Shown piece by piece: positions 37,965 to 47,091 of a DNA stretch of 64,000 nt (the stretch's first letter is position 1; every line of letters starts with the position of its first letter). The stretch lies in the NCBI GenBank assembly GCA_964415025.1, contig CAYPXF010000006.1, positions 58 through 64,057 on the forward strand, written 5' to 3'. The stretch is from an uncultured Gammaproteobacteria bacterium (GTDB lineage Bacteria > Patescibacteriota > Patescibacteriia > UBA10025 > JAHIVO01). The translations under genes were made by a program, and so were the position numbers. The notes under the pieces are model-generated. The model did not search any database, was not told where the DNA came from, and saw nothing but the letters and a program-made list of their open reading frames with translations.

Positions 37965-38588
37965 TTACTTAGTTAAGAGTAATATTTCATAACGGCTGCC
38001 CACTTGGCTCCAGTTTACCACATTCCACCACGCTTTGATATAGTCAGGCCGTCTGTTTTGGTAGTGCAAATAATACGCATGCTCCCATACATCGAGCAGT
38101 AAAAGCGGTACCGCGCCTGCTGACAGCGGTGAATCCTGGTTTGACGTCTGCATAACAGACAGTGCCCCGGCTTCTGCCACCAGCCAGGCCCAGCCAGAAC
38201 CAAACTGGGTCGTAGCCATCTCCGTAAACTGTTCCTGAAATTTTTCAAACGAGCCAAAATCCCTGTTAATCGCTTGCATCAGCTTACCGGTCGGCTTGCC
38301 GCCGCCCTCTGGGCTCATGCTCTCCCAAAAAAGCGCATGGTTTACGTGGCCGCCGCCGTTATTTCTGACGGCCGTGCGTATATCATCAGGCACGTCGGTC
38401 AGCTTGGCCAGCAGTTCCTCTGGTTTAGTATCAAACAGTTCTGGATGCTTGGCCACTGCCGCATTGAGCTTTGCAGTATACCCGGCATGGTGCTTATCAT
38501 GGTGTATAGTCATGGTTTGCGCATCAATATGCGGCTCCAGCGCATCATACGGATAGGGCAGGTCGGGGGTGATGTATTGTTTAGGCAT
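37965..38588 (-). CDS. sodA: Fe/Mn superoxide dismutase
   Basis: Metal ligands and signature (HHDKHH.., DVWEHAYY). 207 aa. Confidence 0.9.
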   Translation of the reverse strand: MPKQYITPDLPYPYDALEPHIDAQTMTIHHDKHHAGYTAKLNAAVAKHPELFDTKPEELLAKLTDVPDDIRTAVRNNGGGHVNHALFWESMSPEGGGKPTGKLMQAINRDFGSFEKFQEQFTEMATTQFGSGWAWLVAEAGALSVMQTSNQDSPLSAGAVPLLLLDVWEHAYYLHYQNRRPDYIKAWWNVVNWSQVGSRYEILLLTK

Positions 38589-38684
38589 ATATTAATATGT
38601 TAATGAATTAATTTCTAATACCTAATTTCTAATTAATGGCTAATGGCTTTATTAAACAATTAGACATTAGTTAATTGGGATTTG

Positions 38685-38850
38685 ATGAGCCTTCGGCCCT
38701 GTCATCGACTCCGAGGTCTGACGACCTCGTCGCTCCCATTCGGGCCTGAGGGCCCTTTAGGGCCTCGAACGGCAAACTCGAGGAGAGGGGTCAGGCCCTC
38801 GAAGAGAAATTACCCGTCCGCCATAGCTACGCTCTGGCGTAGGGGGCGGG
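38685..38850. other. GC-rich multi-hairpin island (~165 nt) inside an AT-rich intergenic region between sufU and sodA
   Basis: Seen directly: CGAGGTC tgac GACCTCG, GGGCC tgag GGCCC, CCTCGA..TCGAGG, CTACGC tctg GCGTAG, and repeated GGCCCTCGAA/GGGCCTCGAA. No ORF. Confidence 0.4.
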
Positions 38851-38861
38851 GAAATTCTTAA

Positions 38862-39239
38862 TTAGTATTTTTTATTATTAATTGCTTCCCGGAGCGCTTG
38901 CAGTGAAACAAGGGCACATTTCTTTCTGGCCGGACTGATCGGTGCCTGCAGATCATGAAAAAAATCCTCATCTGTATAGTGCTTGAGTTCGTCGATTGTC
39001 TTCCCCTTGACCGCTTCGGTCAGGATTGAAGCGGCTGCTTTGGCTAGGCTGCAGCCCACGCCAGAAAATTTAATATCTGTGATTACATCGTGATCGTCAG
39101 TTTTATAGGCCATAATAATCTGATCACCGCACATGGGATTTTTCTTTTCGGCGCGGGCATCAGCGTGTTTGAGCTCGCCGAAATTACGGGGGTTATCATA
39201 GTGATCCATGATTATGGCGCGGTACATATCGAAGCTCAT
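38862..39239 (-). CDS. sufU: SUF-system Fe-S scaffold SufU (NifU/IscU-like)
   Basis: Three conserved Cys (NPMCGD, GVGCS, KKCALVSL). 125 aa. Confidence 0.85.
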   Translation of the reverse strand: MSFDMYRAIIMDHYDNPRNFGELKHADARAEKKNPMCGDQIIMAYKTDDHDVITDIKFSGVGCSLAKAAASILTEAVKGKTIDELKHYTDEDFFHDLQAPISPARKKCALVSLQALREAINNKKY

Positions 39240-40468
39240 ATGCTGAATAGTTGTTTAGCTTTGTTAATCGCTTTTACTAATGCGTCAATATCATCAGGCG
39301 TATTATAGACATACAGGCTTGCCCGGGCGGTACCGGCCGGCACACCCAGCCGCTCGTGCAGCGGTTGGGCACAGTGATGTCCGGCGCGTATTGCTACGTG
39401 CAGCTCGTCAAAAATTGAGGCAATGTCATGCGGATGCATAGTGCCAATACCAAACGCGATTGCCCCACCGCGATCAGTGACTTCGTCAGGGCCGAAGATT
39501 TTCACCGCCGAGATGTCATGCAATCGCTCCAGAGCGATCTTAGTCAGCGCCTGCTCATGAGCAAAAATATTGTCCAGGTCAAGTGACGATATATATTCGA
39601 TGGCAGCGCCAAACCCAATTACTTCAGCTATCGCCGGTGTGCCTGCCTCGAATTTATGCGGCAGATCATTCCACGCTGCCTCCTGCTTAGTTACATGAAC
39701 GATCATATCGCCGCCAGTCAAAAACGGTGGCATCTCCTGGAGCAGCCGTTGCCTACCGTACAGCACGCCAACACCGGTTGGCCCCATCATCTTATGCGAG
39801 GAAAACACATAAAAATCCGCGTCCAGATCCTGGACATCAACAGGAAAATGCGGCACACTTTGCGCGCCGTCAACCAATACTAGCGCATCCGCATGTATAG
39901 TACGAATCTTAGCAACAATTTCTTTTACCGGATTAATCGTGCCGAGTACGTTTGACATATGAGTAAACGCGACCAGTTTGGTTTTATCAGAAACAAGATC
40001 GCCCAGTTTGGATACGTCCAGCCGTCCGTTATCCGTAATAGGGATGTATTTGAGACGAGCGCCTTTTTCGCGGGTTAACCGCTGCCACGGTACAATATTT
40101 GCGTGATGCTCCATTTCCGTAATCAAAATTTCATCGCCTGCCTGGATATGCTGACGTCCCCACGTATACGCGACGAGATTTATGCTTTCCGTGGCATTAC
40201 GCGTAAAAATAATTTCCCCGGTGCTGGCCGCGTTAATCAATGCGCGTACTTTTTCACGGACATTTTCATACGCCTCGGAAGATCGCTCGGACAGCTGGTA
40301 TATGCCGCGATGTACATTTGCATAATACTGCTCATAGCAGTCCTTGATTGCGTCAATCACTGCCTGCGGTTTCTGTGTGCTGGCAGCCGAATCCAAAAAA
40401 ACCAAGTCTGGATTATTGGCGAACACAGGAAAAAAATTTTTAACCGTTTCTGGCGCTAATTGGATCAT
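39236..40468 (-). CDS. sufS: cysteine desulfurase SufS (class V aminotransferase, group II)
   Basis: PLP lysine region (SSHKMMGPTGVG) and catalytic Cys region (RAGHHCAQP). Started at the first ATG. Confidence 0.85.
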   Translation of the reverse strand: MIQLAPETVKNFFPVFANNPDLVFLDSAASTQKPQAVIDAIKDCYEQYYANVHRGIYQLSERSSEAYENVREKVRALINAASTGEIIFTRNATESINLVAYTWGRQHIQAGDEILITEMEHHANIVPWQRLTREKGARLKYIPITDNGRLDVSKLGDLVSDKTKLVAFTHMSNVLGTINPVKEIVAKIRTIHADALVLVDGAQSVPHFPVDVQDLDADFYVFSSHKMMGPTGVGVLYGRQRLLQEMPPFLTGGDMIVHVTKQEAAWNDLPHKFEAGTPAIAEVIGFGAAIEYISSLDLDNIFAHEQALTKIALERLHDISAVKIFGPDEVTDRGGAIAFGIGTMHPHDIASIFDELHVAIRAGHHCAQPLHERLGVPAGTARASLYVYNTPDDIDALVKAINKAKQLFSI

Positions 40469-41126
40469 GGTAATCAAATGATGCTAAAATATCTTTTTGC
40501 CAGCGCTTAATCACTGGTTTGAAAAACCCGCTGATGATCAAACACCGGGCCATATCCGGCTGAATGCCGCGGGCAGTCAGGTAAAAGAGCTGTTCGCGGT
40601 CCACTCGTCCTGTCGTAGAACCATGTGAAGCCCGTACATCGTTTGCCCGTATTTCTAGATTTGGTACAGAAACCGCCATAGCCTGGTCAAACAGCAAAAT
40701 ATTATCGGAAAAATATGAGATGGTCTGCTGCGCTTTTTTATCTATCCGTATCATGCCGGTAAATAACCCGCGAGCAGCATCCTGATATGTCCCGCGTATC
40801 AGTATATCACCTTTGGTACGCTGTGTCGTATGCCGCATTGTCACATCAAACATATGATCGTCCTTACCCTGGCCATGGAAAATACCCGATACCCATCCCT
40901 CCGCACCATGACCAGCCAGCGTAATATTGACGGTGTTATTCCGTTTGGCCTTGTCCTGAACCAGCGTAATTACATGGACGACGGCATTGCGCCTGGCTGT
41001 AATATTGAGCGAGCCGCTCGACTGCAGTAGTACGGTAACCTGTGTATTTGCCGCGGCTTCGATAATGTTCTCTTCCTGGTTAATAACTATCGTCTGATTT
41101 TTTGTAATAATCCTTGCTTTGGACAT
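40440..41126 (-). CDS. sufD: Fe-S cluster assembly protein SufD (short form)
   Basis: SufB/SufD beta-helix C-terminal domain. Its position between sufB and sufS fits the operon. Confidence 0.7.
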   Translation of the reverse strand: MSKARIITKNQTIVINQEENIIEAAANTQVTVLLQSSGSLNITARRNAVVHVITLVQDKAKRNNTVNITLAGHGAEGWVSGIFHGQGKDDHMFDVTMRHTTQRTKGDILIRGTYQDAARGLFTGMIRIDKKAQQTISYFSDNILLFDQAMAVSVPNLEIRANDVRASHGSTTGRVDREQLFYLTARGIQPDMARCLIISGFFKPVIKRWQKDILASFDYHDPISARNG

Positions 41127-41269
41127 TGACTAATAATTATCAATTATCAATTTTCAAATCACAAACATCAAATAATAATCAAACTTCAATATTCAAATGT
41201 TCTAAAAATTATTTTTTGGAAATTAAACATTGGAATTTATTTGGGGATTGTTAATTTATTATTGGTAAT

Positions 41270-42673
41270 TTATCCCACACTGCCCTCCATCTCCAGCTGG
41301 ATAAGCCGGTTCAGCTCCACCGCGTATTCCAGGGGAATTTCCTTAGCAATCGGCTCAATAAAACCGGATACGATCATGGACATGGCCTCTGCTTCTAATA
41401 AACCGCGACTCATCAGGTAAAATAATTGCTCTTCGCCAACTTTGCCGACCGAGGCCTCGTGACCGATACAGGTGTCACTTTCCTTGATATCCATAGTCGG
41501 ATAGGTATCTGAACGCGCATTCGCGTCTAATAAAAGCGCGTCACATACAACATTAGATTTGCATCCCCGCATACCGCGTGGCACCTTAACCAGGCCGCGG
41601 TACGAGGCACGGCCGGATTGTTTTGAAATAGATTTTGAAATAATCGAGGATGATGTCTCCGGCGCGCCATGGATAGCCTTGGCCCCGGCATCCTGATGCA
41701 TGCCCTGGCTGGCAAAGGCGATAGAGAGCACTTCGCCCTTAGCTTTTGGGCCGAGTAAATACACTGCCGGATATTTCATAGTCACCCTACTACCGAGATT
41801 GCCGTCAACCCATTCCATGGTACCCTCACTATGGACGTAGCTGCGTTTGGTAACCAAATTGTACACATTTTTTGACCAGTTCTGTACCGTAGTGTAGCGT
41901 ACCCGAGCACCTGGCTGGACAATTACTTCTACGACAGCGGCATGCAGCGATCCAGTCGAGTAAATTGGCGCTGTACATCCCTCTACATAATGGACATACG
42001 AACCCGGCTCGGCAATAATCAGCGTCCGCTCAAACTGGCCGGCCTTTTCCGCGTTGATGCGGAAGTAAGCCTGTAGCGGAAAATCAACTTTGACACCGGC
42101 CGGCACATAGACAAAACTACCGCCTGACCAGACAGCAGTATTGAGCGCAGCAAACTTATTATCACCAGCCGGCACGACTGTGCCAAAATAACGTTTAATA
42201 ATTTCAGGGTATTTACGGAGAGCATCATCCATATCTGTAAAAACAACGCCCTGCTGTTCTAGCTGTTCACGCACGTTCGAATATACTGATTCAGACTCAT
42301 ACTGGGCCATGACGCCTGCAAGGTGTTTTTGTTCAGCCTGCGGTATGCCGAGCCGCTCATATGTTTTGCGAATAGTAGACGGCACGCTTTCCCATGTCCG
42401 TACTGGTTTATCAGTCGGTTTGAGATAATAATATATATCATTAAAATCAATAGCTGACAAATCAGCGCCCCAGGTGGGCATTTTCTTTTTACAAAACATA
42501 TCATACGCGCGCAAACGGATTTTTTGCATCCAATCAGGCTCATGCTTGATACGCGAAATCTCCTCGACCCTTTTTTTGTTCAGTCCTTTTTTCGAGCTAT
42601 ATAAATATTGCACGTCATCCGGACGCTCCTTTTCCGCTGTTTTATTCAATTGTTTAAGCACAGTATTCCCCAC
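41270..42673 (-). CDS. sufB: Fe-S cluster assembly protein SufB
   Basis: Full-length 467-aa SufB with a conserved C-terminal beta-helix. Start is GTG per the ORF track. Confidence 0.85.
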   Translation of the reverse strand: MGNTVLKQLNKTAEKERPDDVQYLYSSKKGLNKKRVEEISRIKHEPDWMQKIRLRAYDMFCKKKMPTWGADLSAIDFNDIYYYLKPTDKPVRTWESVPSTIRKTYERLGIPQAEQKHLAGVMAQYESESVYSNVREQLEQQGVVFTDMDDALRKYPEIIKRYFGTVVPAGDNKFAALNTAVWSGGSFVYVPAGVKVDFPLQAYFRINAEKAGQFERTLIIAEPGSYVHYVEGCTAPIYSTGSLHAAVVEVIVQPGARVRYTTVQNWSKNVYNLVTKRSYVHSEGTMEWVDGNLGSRVTMKYPAVYLLGPKAKGEVLSIAFASQGMHQDAGAKAIHGAPETSSSIISKSISKQSGRASYRGLVKVPRGMRGCKSNVVCDALLLDANARSDTYPTMDIKESDTCIGHEASVGKVGEEQLFYLMSRGLLEAEAMSMIVSGFIEPIAKEIPLEYAVELNRLIQLEMEGSVG

Positions 42674-42703
42674 TATATATACCTCTTAATTACTAGTTAC
42701 TAA

Positions 42704-43450
42704 TTACTTCTTCATCAGCCAATCATATCCCTTCTTCTCCACCTGCGTGGCCAACTGCTTGTTTCCGGTCTTAGCAATCTTTCCGTCAATCATGATATGT
42801 ACTTTGTCTGGCTTGATATAGCGTAATATTCTGCAATAATGAGTAATCAATAAGATGCTAAGCCGCCTGTGCTGGGAGGCGACCGCCGAAAGACCTCGAG
42901 CAACTGTCTTGAGCGCGTCCACATCCAGCCCAGAGTCAGTTTCGTCCAGAATAGCCATGGTCGGCGCCAACGCTGCCATCTGCAGGATTTCTGATTTTTT
43001 CTTTTCACCGCCAGAAAAGCCTTCGTTGAGCGAACGCTTAGCAAAGGCTCGGCCCGCTTTCATTAATTCTAGTTTTTTCTGAAAATATATATGAAAATCA
43101 ACTACTGATAACGGTGCGTCGGGATGTATATTATTATACGCAGTGCGTAGAAACTGTTCGAGAGCCAAGCCCGGCACTTCTACTGGATACTGAAATGAGA
43201 GAAACAGCCCGAGCGCGGCCCGCTCCTCCGGTGGGAGGGTATTGATGCGCTTCCCCTGCATCATGATACTGCCGCGGGTGATGCGATACCCGGGATGCCC
43301 CATAATCACCGAGGCCAATGTGGACTTGCCTGAACCATTGGGCCCCATCAAGGCGTGGATTTTTCCCGGCTTGATGCTAAGAGTGACTCCATTGAGAATT
43401 TTTGTATCCCCTGACTTCACGTGCAAGTTTTTTATAGCTAACATGCTCAT
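42704..43450 (-). CDS. sufC: Fe-S cluster assembly ATPase SufC
   Basis: Walker A (GPNGSGKST) and ABC signature (LNEGFSGGEKK). 248 aa. Confidence 0.9.
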   Translation of the reverse strand: MSMLAIKNLHVKSGDTKILNGVTLSIKPGKIHALMGPNGSGKSTLASVIMGHPGYRITRGSIMMQGKRINTLPPEERAALGLFLSFQYPVEVPGLALEQFLRTAYNNIHPDAPLSVVDFHIYFQKKLELMKAGRAFAKRSLNEGFSGGEKKKSEILQMAALAPTMAILDETDSGLDVDALKTVARGLSAVASQHRRLSILLITHYCRILRYIKPDKVHIMIDGKIAKTGNKQLATQVEKKGYDWLMKK

Positions 43451-43473
43451 GGTATAAGGTAATTAATATACTT

Positions 43474-44019
43474 TTATTGCCGTTGCTTCGCGTAAAACGT
43501 ACAGCTTACCCGGAACCCGCAGGCATGGCATAGCCGCTGGTTAGTTACCTGCCTGGTAACCGTGCCGCACGCCGTACAGTGGTCATGCGCCGGCTTTTTT
43601 TTGGCGCACGCAACACACAGGCCCCGAATCTGATAATTATCCATACGTGGCACAAAATGTTGATCGCTCACCAGCTGCTGTATTTGGTAGGCAAGTGAAT
43701 CATCGTATACATCACTAATCCGGCCGCATCTTTCACAAATACAGTGAAAGTGTGCGCCCACATGCCCGTCATAATGGCTGATTTTATCCACCATAAATTC
43801 CTTAATATAGCCACGGGCCGCTAAAAAATTGAGGTTGCGGTAAACCGTACCAAAGCTAATGCGCTTATTGGTCCGCTGTACTGCGCGATAGACTGCTTCA
43901 GCGGTCGGGTGCGTATCTGCGCTACGTACGTGTTCCAGGATAGCCGCGCGCTGTTTCGTGAGTCGCCATGTTCTGTCAACATGAGGAGCAGCAGTATGTT
44001 GTCGTACTCTTTTTTTCAT
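43474..44019 (-). CDS. Fur-family metalloregulator with an extra C-terminal double-CxxC extension
   Basis: Winged-helix N-terminus and Fur dimerisation domain with H.H.C..C and CVAC. Two additional CxxC pairs (CTACG, CHACG) extend it to 181 aa. Confidence 0.8.
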   Translation of the reverse strand: MKKRVRQHTAAPHVDRTWRLTKQRAAILEHVRSADTHPTAEAVYRAVQRTNKRISFGTVYRNLNFLAARGYIKEFMVDKISHYDGHVGAHFHCICERCGRISDVYDDSLAYQIQQLVSDQHFVPRMDNYQIRGLCVACAKKKPAHDHCTACGTVTRQVTNQRLCHACGFRVSCTFYAKQRQ

Positions 44020-44029
44020 GGAAGACTAA

Positions 44030-44048
44030 TTGAGAATGATTCTTATTA
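44030..44048. promoter_or_regulatory. Fur-box-like inverted repeat TTGAGAATGATTCTTATTA, 12-25 nt upstream of the Fur-family gene start
   Basis: Seen directly: a 6-1-6 palindrome AGAAT-g-ATTCT resembling the classic Fur box (GATAATGATAATCATTATC). A -10-like TATACT lies just upstream on the minus strand. Confidence 0.5.
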
Positions 44049-44273
44049 AGATTTAGTATACCTATCGCCATCCGCTGCGTCAAGCGGGCATCCCCCCCCT
44101 CTGACAAACGGCTGTAACAGGCTGCTGCTACCGCGTGGCATGATAATAGTCCGTATTATACATACCGTCGGTTTTTGAAATCCCGATCAGAAAAACCGCA
44201 TATTGCCGGGTGCGGGACAGATGGACTAGGGTGGGGCGTTATGTTTAGAATTCTGCTAGACCCTGTTTTATGT

Positions 44274-44555
44274 ATAGTTAACAGTCAATGATGACACTTT
44301 GGAGCACTTTTTCTTGTGGGGTGAGCCCTTTTAAAGATAGATGTAAGCATTCAAAGTTATAGTATCGTAGCCACTCATAGGGTGCCTGCCACACTCTCTG
44401 GGGATTATAGTAGAATGTCTTACGGGAAATGCCGAATATCTGGCAGGTTTCCTTAACTGGACGATGGCACTTATCAACCTGGTGATACCACCTGAATCTC
44501 TGTTCTCGGTCGTATTTTGGCTTAGTCATAGGGTTAAAGGGTTAATAGTTAACAG
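44274..44555. mobile_element. decayed IS remnant: 83-aa ORF joining a transposase N-terminal HTH to an integrase-domain C-terminus, bounded by an 11-bp direct repeat ATAGTTAACAG
   Basis: The ORF 44278..44529 (-) carries CQIFGISRKTFYY (IS3/IS481-type HTH) and YNFECLHLSLKGLTPQEK (end of a DDE/RNase H fold). Identical 11-mers sit at 44274-44284 and 44545-44555. A GTGTCACCCT direct repeat lies just outside. Confidence 0.5.
44278..44529 (-). pseudogene. internally deleted transposase remnant
   Basis: Covered in the mobile-element entry above. Confidence 0.5.
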
Positions 44556-44677
44556 GTGTCACCCTATTATACCCCATGTGTCACCCTGTCGTGTTAACTG
44601 TAGAAGGTATTGACATTCATGTTAGTACTGCATATACTGAACTAATATTTATGACCTTTTACCAATAGGAGGCAGTC

Positions 44678-45037
44678 ATGGCACCATGTCACACACATAC
44701 AGTGCTTGATGGTCCTGTTTGCGTGATAACAATCACCGGCACACTCTATCATGAAGATGTTATCAGTGTCAGTGATAGTATTAAATCGGTCTTTGAAGCA
44801 GGTGCAGACATTCTTATAATTGACTTGAGCCAGCTCGCATACCTGCACTCAAAAGGCTTAGGAGCGCTCCTTGCTGCTCTAAAATACGCCCAGAAATGGA
44901 ATGCAACTATTGCGATTCTCCGACCCTCTGAAAAAGTTAAAGAGCTTTTGAAAATTACCAAGCTTGATCAGATTTTCGACGTTTACTATGACAACCTCGA
45001 CTATGTCAAGAAAATGCTCCTCGCCAAACATGAATAA
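44678..45037 (+). CDS. STAS-domain protein (anti-sigma-factor antagonist SpoIIAA-like / MlaB-like)
   Basis: STAS fold with the phosphorylatable-Ser-region pattern (IDLSQLAYLHSKGLGALL). Strong SD AGGAGG upstream. Confidence 0.7.
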   Translation: MAPCHTHTVLDGPVCVITITGTLYHEDVISVSDSIKSVFEAGADILIIDLSQLAYLHSKGLGALLAALKYAQKWNATIAILRPSEKVKELLKITKLDQIFDVYYDNLDYVKKMLLAKHE

Positions 45038-45120
45038 CGATAACCGGCCTTAACGGACAAATAAGGCCGGTTTTATTATACTTGCTATCAGCAATAAAAA
45101 TGCTTATACTATAGTAATAT

Positions 45121-45999
45121 ATGGCAGCCATCGAGGTACACAATCTAAAAAAATACTTTGGTAAAACAAAGGCTGTTGACGATATTACCTTTAGCGTAGA
45201 CCAAGGGGAAATTTTCGGTTTTCTCGGGCCCAACGGCGCCGGTAAAACAACTGCCATCCGCTGCATGATGGATTTTCTCCGTCCGACTGACGGAGCCGTG
45301 ACCATCTTTGATATGGACAGCCAGCAAGACAGCGTAGCAATTAATGCAAAAATTGGCTTCCTCTCCGGATATGTCAGGCTGAACGAGCGGTGGTCAGGAC
45401 AGGATCACATTGATTTTATCCGGAAACTAAACGGTATTAAGGAGCGGCCCACTGCATTGTGCGAGCGGCTAAATTTTAATCCGGATATTAGATCAAAAAG
45501 CCTGTCGTCAGGAAACAGGCAAAAGCTTGGTATTATCATGGCCATGATGAAGCGGCCGGAGTTACTGATTATGGACGAGCCGACCAATGGCCTCGATCCC
45601 CTGCTGCAACAGGAGGTGTACGCCATGCTCGGTGAAGCGATTGAGCGCGGCGCTACCGTCTTCATGTCGTCGCACAATTTGGCGGAAGTTGAGCGCGTCT
45701 GTGATCGCGTGGCAATTATCAAACAGGGTAAGCTGGTAGCCACAGAAAGCATTGCTTCACTGAAAAAAAAGAAGATTAACACCGTACACGCCTATTTTGA
45801 TGAGCCGGTAGATAAAAACGAATTTAAACTGGATAATATTGAGCTGGAAAAATCCGTTGATCATACGCTCATCCTAAAAGCAAAAGGAGATATCAACCCC
45901 CTAATCAAGAAACTCGCCGAGTATAGACTCAATGATCTGGATATTTCCCAGGCATCACTTGAAGATATTTTCCTCGAATATTACGAAAAGGAAAAATAA
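45121..45999 (+). CDS. ABC transporter ATP-binding protein (ABC-2 exporter type)
   Basis: Walker A GPNGAGKTT, signature LSSGNRQKL, Walker B LLIMDEPT. Confidence 0.85.
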   Translation: MAAIEVHNLKKYFGKTKAVDDITFSVDQGEIFGFLGPNGAGKTTAIRCMMDFLRPTDGAVTIFDMDSQQDSVAINAKIGFLSGYVRLNERWSGQDHIDFIRKLNGIKERPTALCERLNFNPDIRSKSLSSGNRQKLGIIMAMMKRPELLIMDEPTNGLDPLLQQEVYAMLGEAIERGATVFMSSHNLAEVERVCDRVAIIKQGKLVATESIASLKKKKINTVHAYFDEPVDKNEFKLDNIELEKSVDHTLILKAKGDINPLIKKLAEYRLNDLDISQASLEDIFLEYYEKEK

Positions 46000-46001
46000 T
46001 T

Positions 46002-46805
46002 ATGGGAACAATCATCCTCCGCTTACTAAAGGACAGACGCATTTCAATCATGGTGTATTCAGTATCCGGCATTTTACTGTTGTGGATGTATATCGCCATG
46101 TTCCCCGGTATCCGTGATTCAGCAGAACAGTTTAACGAAGTACTGCAAAACTACCCAAAGGAGTTTTTCAAGGTTTTTAATATAGAGGAGCTTAATTTTG
46201 CCCAGATTGAAAACTTCCTGGCAGTCGAACATTTCAGTATAGTCTGGCCGCTGCTGGTTATCTTCTTGTCTATTTCCTTTGCCACCTTAAGCATTGCTAC
46301 CGGCATTGAGCGCGGCACTATTGAGCTGGTCTTGGCACAGCCGATTTCCCGTCTAAAACTGTTTACCGGACGGTATATAGCCGGATTGATCGCCCTGGTT
46401 ATATTTGCTGTTTGTTCGATTTTTGCGGTAGCACCGCTGTCCGAGCTGCATAGTGTCGAGTATCGGTTTTCTCATTTCTTAAATGTCGCGTTGCTTTCAT
46501 TCTTATTCGGTTGGGCTGTATACAGTGTTGCGTTCTTATTTTCTGCGCTCTTTTCCGAGCGGAGCAAGTCGTTTATGGGTACTGGCATACTGCTCATCCT
46601 GATGTATGTGCTGAATATTATTGCCAATCTCAAGGATAATCTCAATGACCTCAAATACGGATCGTTTTTCTACTATTACAAATACAATGCCGCCCTGGTC
46701 AAGGGAGAGCTCGATACGACCTCAATCCTGGTATTTGCCGGAGTAATAATTGCTTTTACCCTAGCCGCCGCCTGGTGGTTCCGCCGCCGGGATATTGCCG
46801 TATAA
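46002..46805 (+). CDS. ABC-2 family transporter permease
   Basis: Six TM segments. Its start overlaps the ATPase gene stop. Confidence 0.7.
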   Translation: MGTIILRLLKDRRISIMVYSVSGILLLWMYIAMFPGIRDSAEQFNEVLQNYPKEFFKVFNIEELNFAQIENFLAVEHFSIVWPLLVIFLSISFATLSIATGIERGTIELVLAQPISRLKLFTGRYIAGLIALVIFAVCSIFAVAPLSELHSVEYRFSHFLNVALLSFLFGWAVYSVAFLFSALFSERSKSFMGTGILLILMYVLNIIANLKDNLNDLKYGSFFYYYKYNAALVKGELDTTSILVFAGVIIAFTLAAAWWFRRRDIAV

Positions 46806-46847
46806 AAAAAGCCCTCATCGTACAGATAAGGGCGTAAACTTCCTCCC

Positions 46848-47042
46848 TTAATACCTATGGCAACGGGAGTATTTGTGGTTATCGAGTCGCGCTTTCTGCT
46901 CCGCAGTAACCTGACAATTATGCTTAAACGGCTGGATTGAACATTCGAGCACCCATTCGTCTTCATAATAGCTTAAACGCAGCGTACCGCTACAGTGCTC
47001 CACCGGACACTGATCACCTTCTGCTAAACCATTAAAAATCAT
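46848..47042 (-). CDS. small Cys-rich putative zinc-ribbon protein (64 aa)
   Basis: ATG preceded by a strong SD GGAGGAGG with 5 nt spacing. CPVEHC...C...C pattern. A hairpin terminator lies ~15-35 nt after the stop. Confidence 0.5.
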   Translation of the reverse strand: MIFNGLAEGDQCPVEHCSGTLRLSYYEDEWVLECSIQPFKHNCQVTAEQKARLDNHKYSRCHRY

Positions 47043-47091
47043 CAAAACCTCCTCCAGACATATTGCCTGCTGTTTTTCTAAAGAGCTGCCA

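Noticed and set aside
38685-38850. SRP RNA, tmRNA, 6S or RNase P RNA identity for the GC-rich island
   Set aside because: None of their conserved motifs (SRP domain IV GGAAGCAGCC context, the tmRNA tRNA-like ends, the RNase P P4 region) are present. Left as an unclassified structured element.
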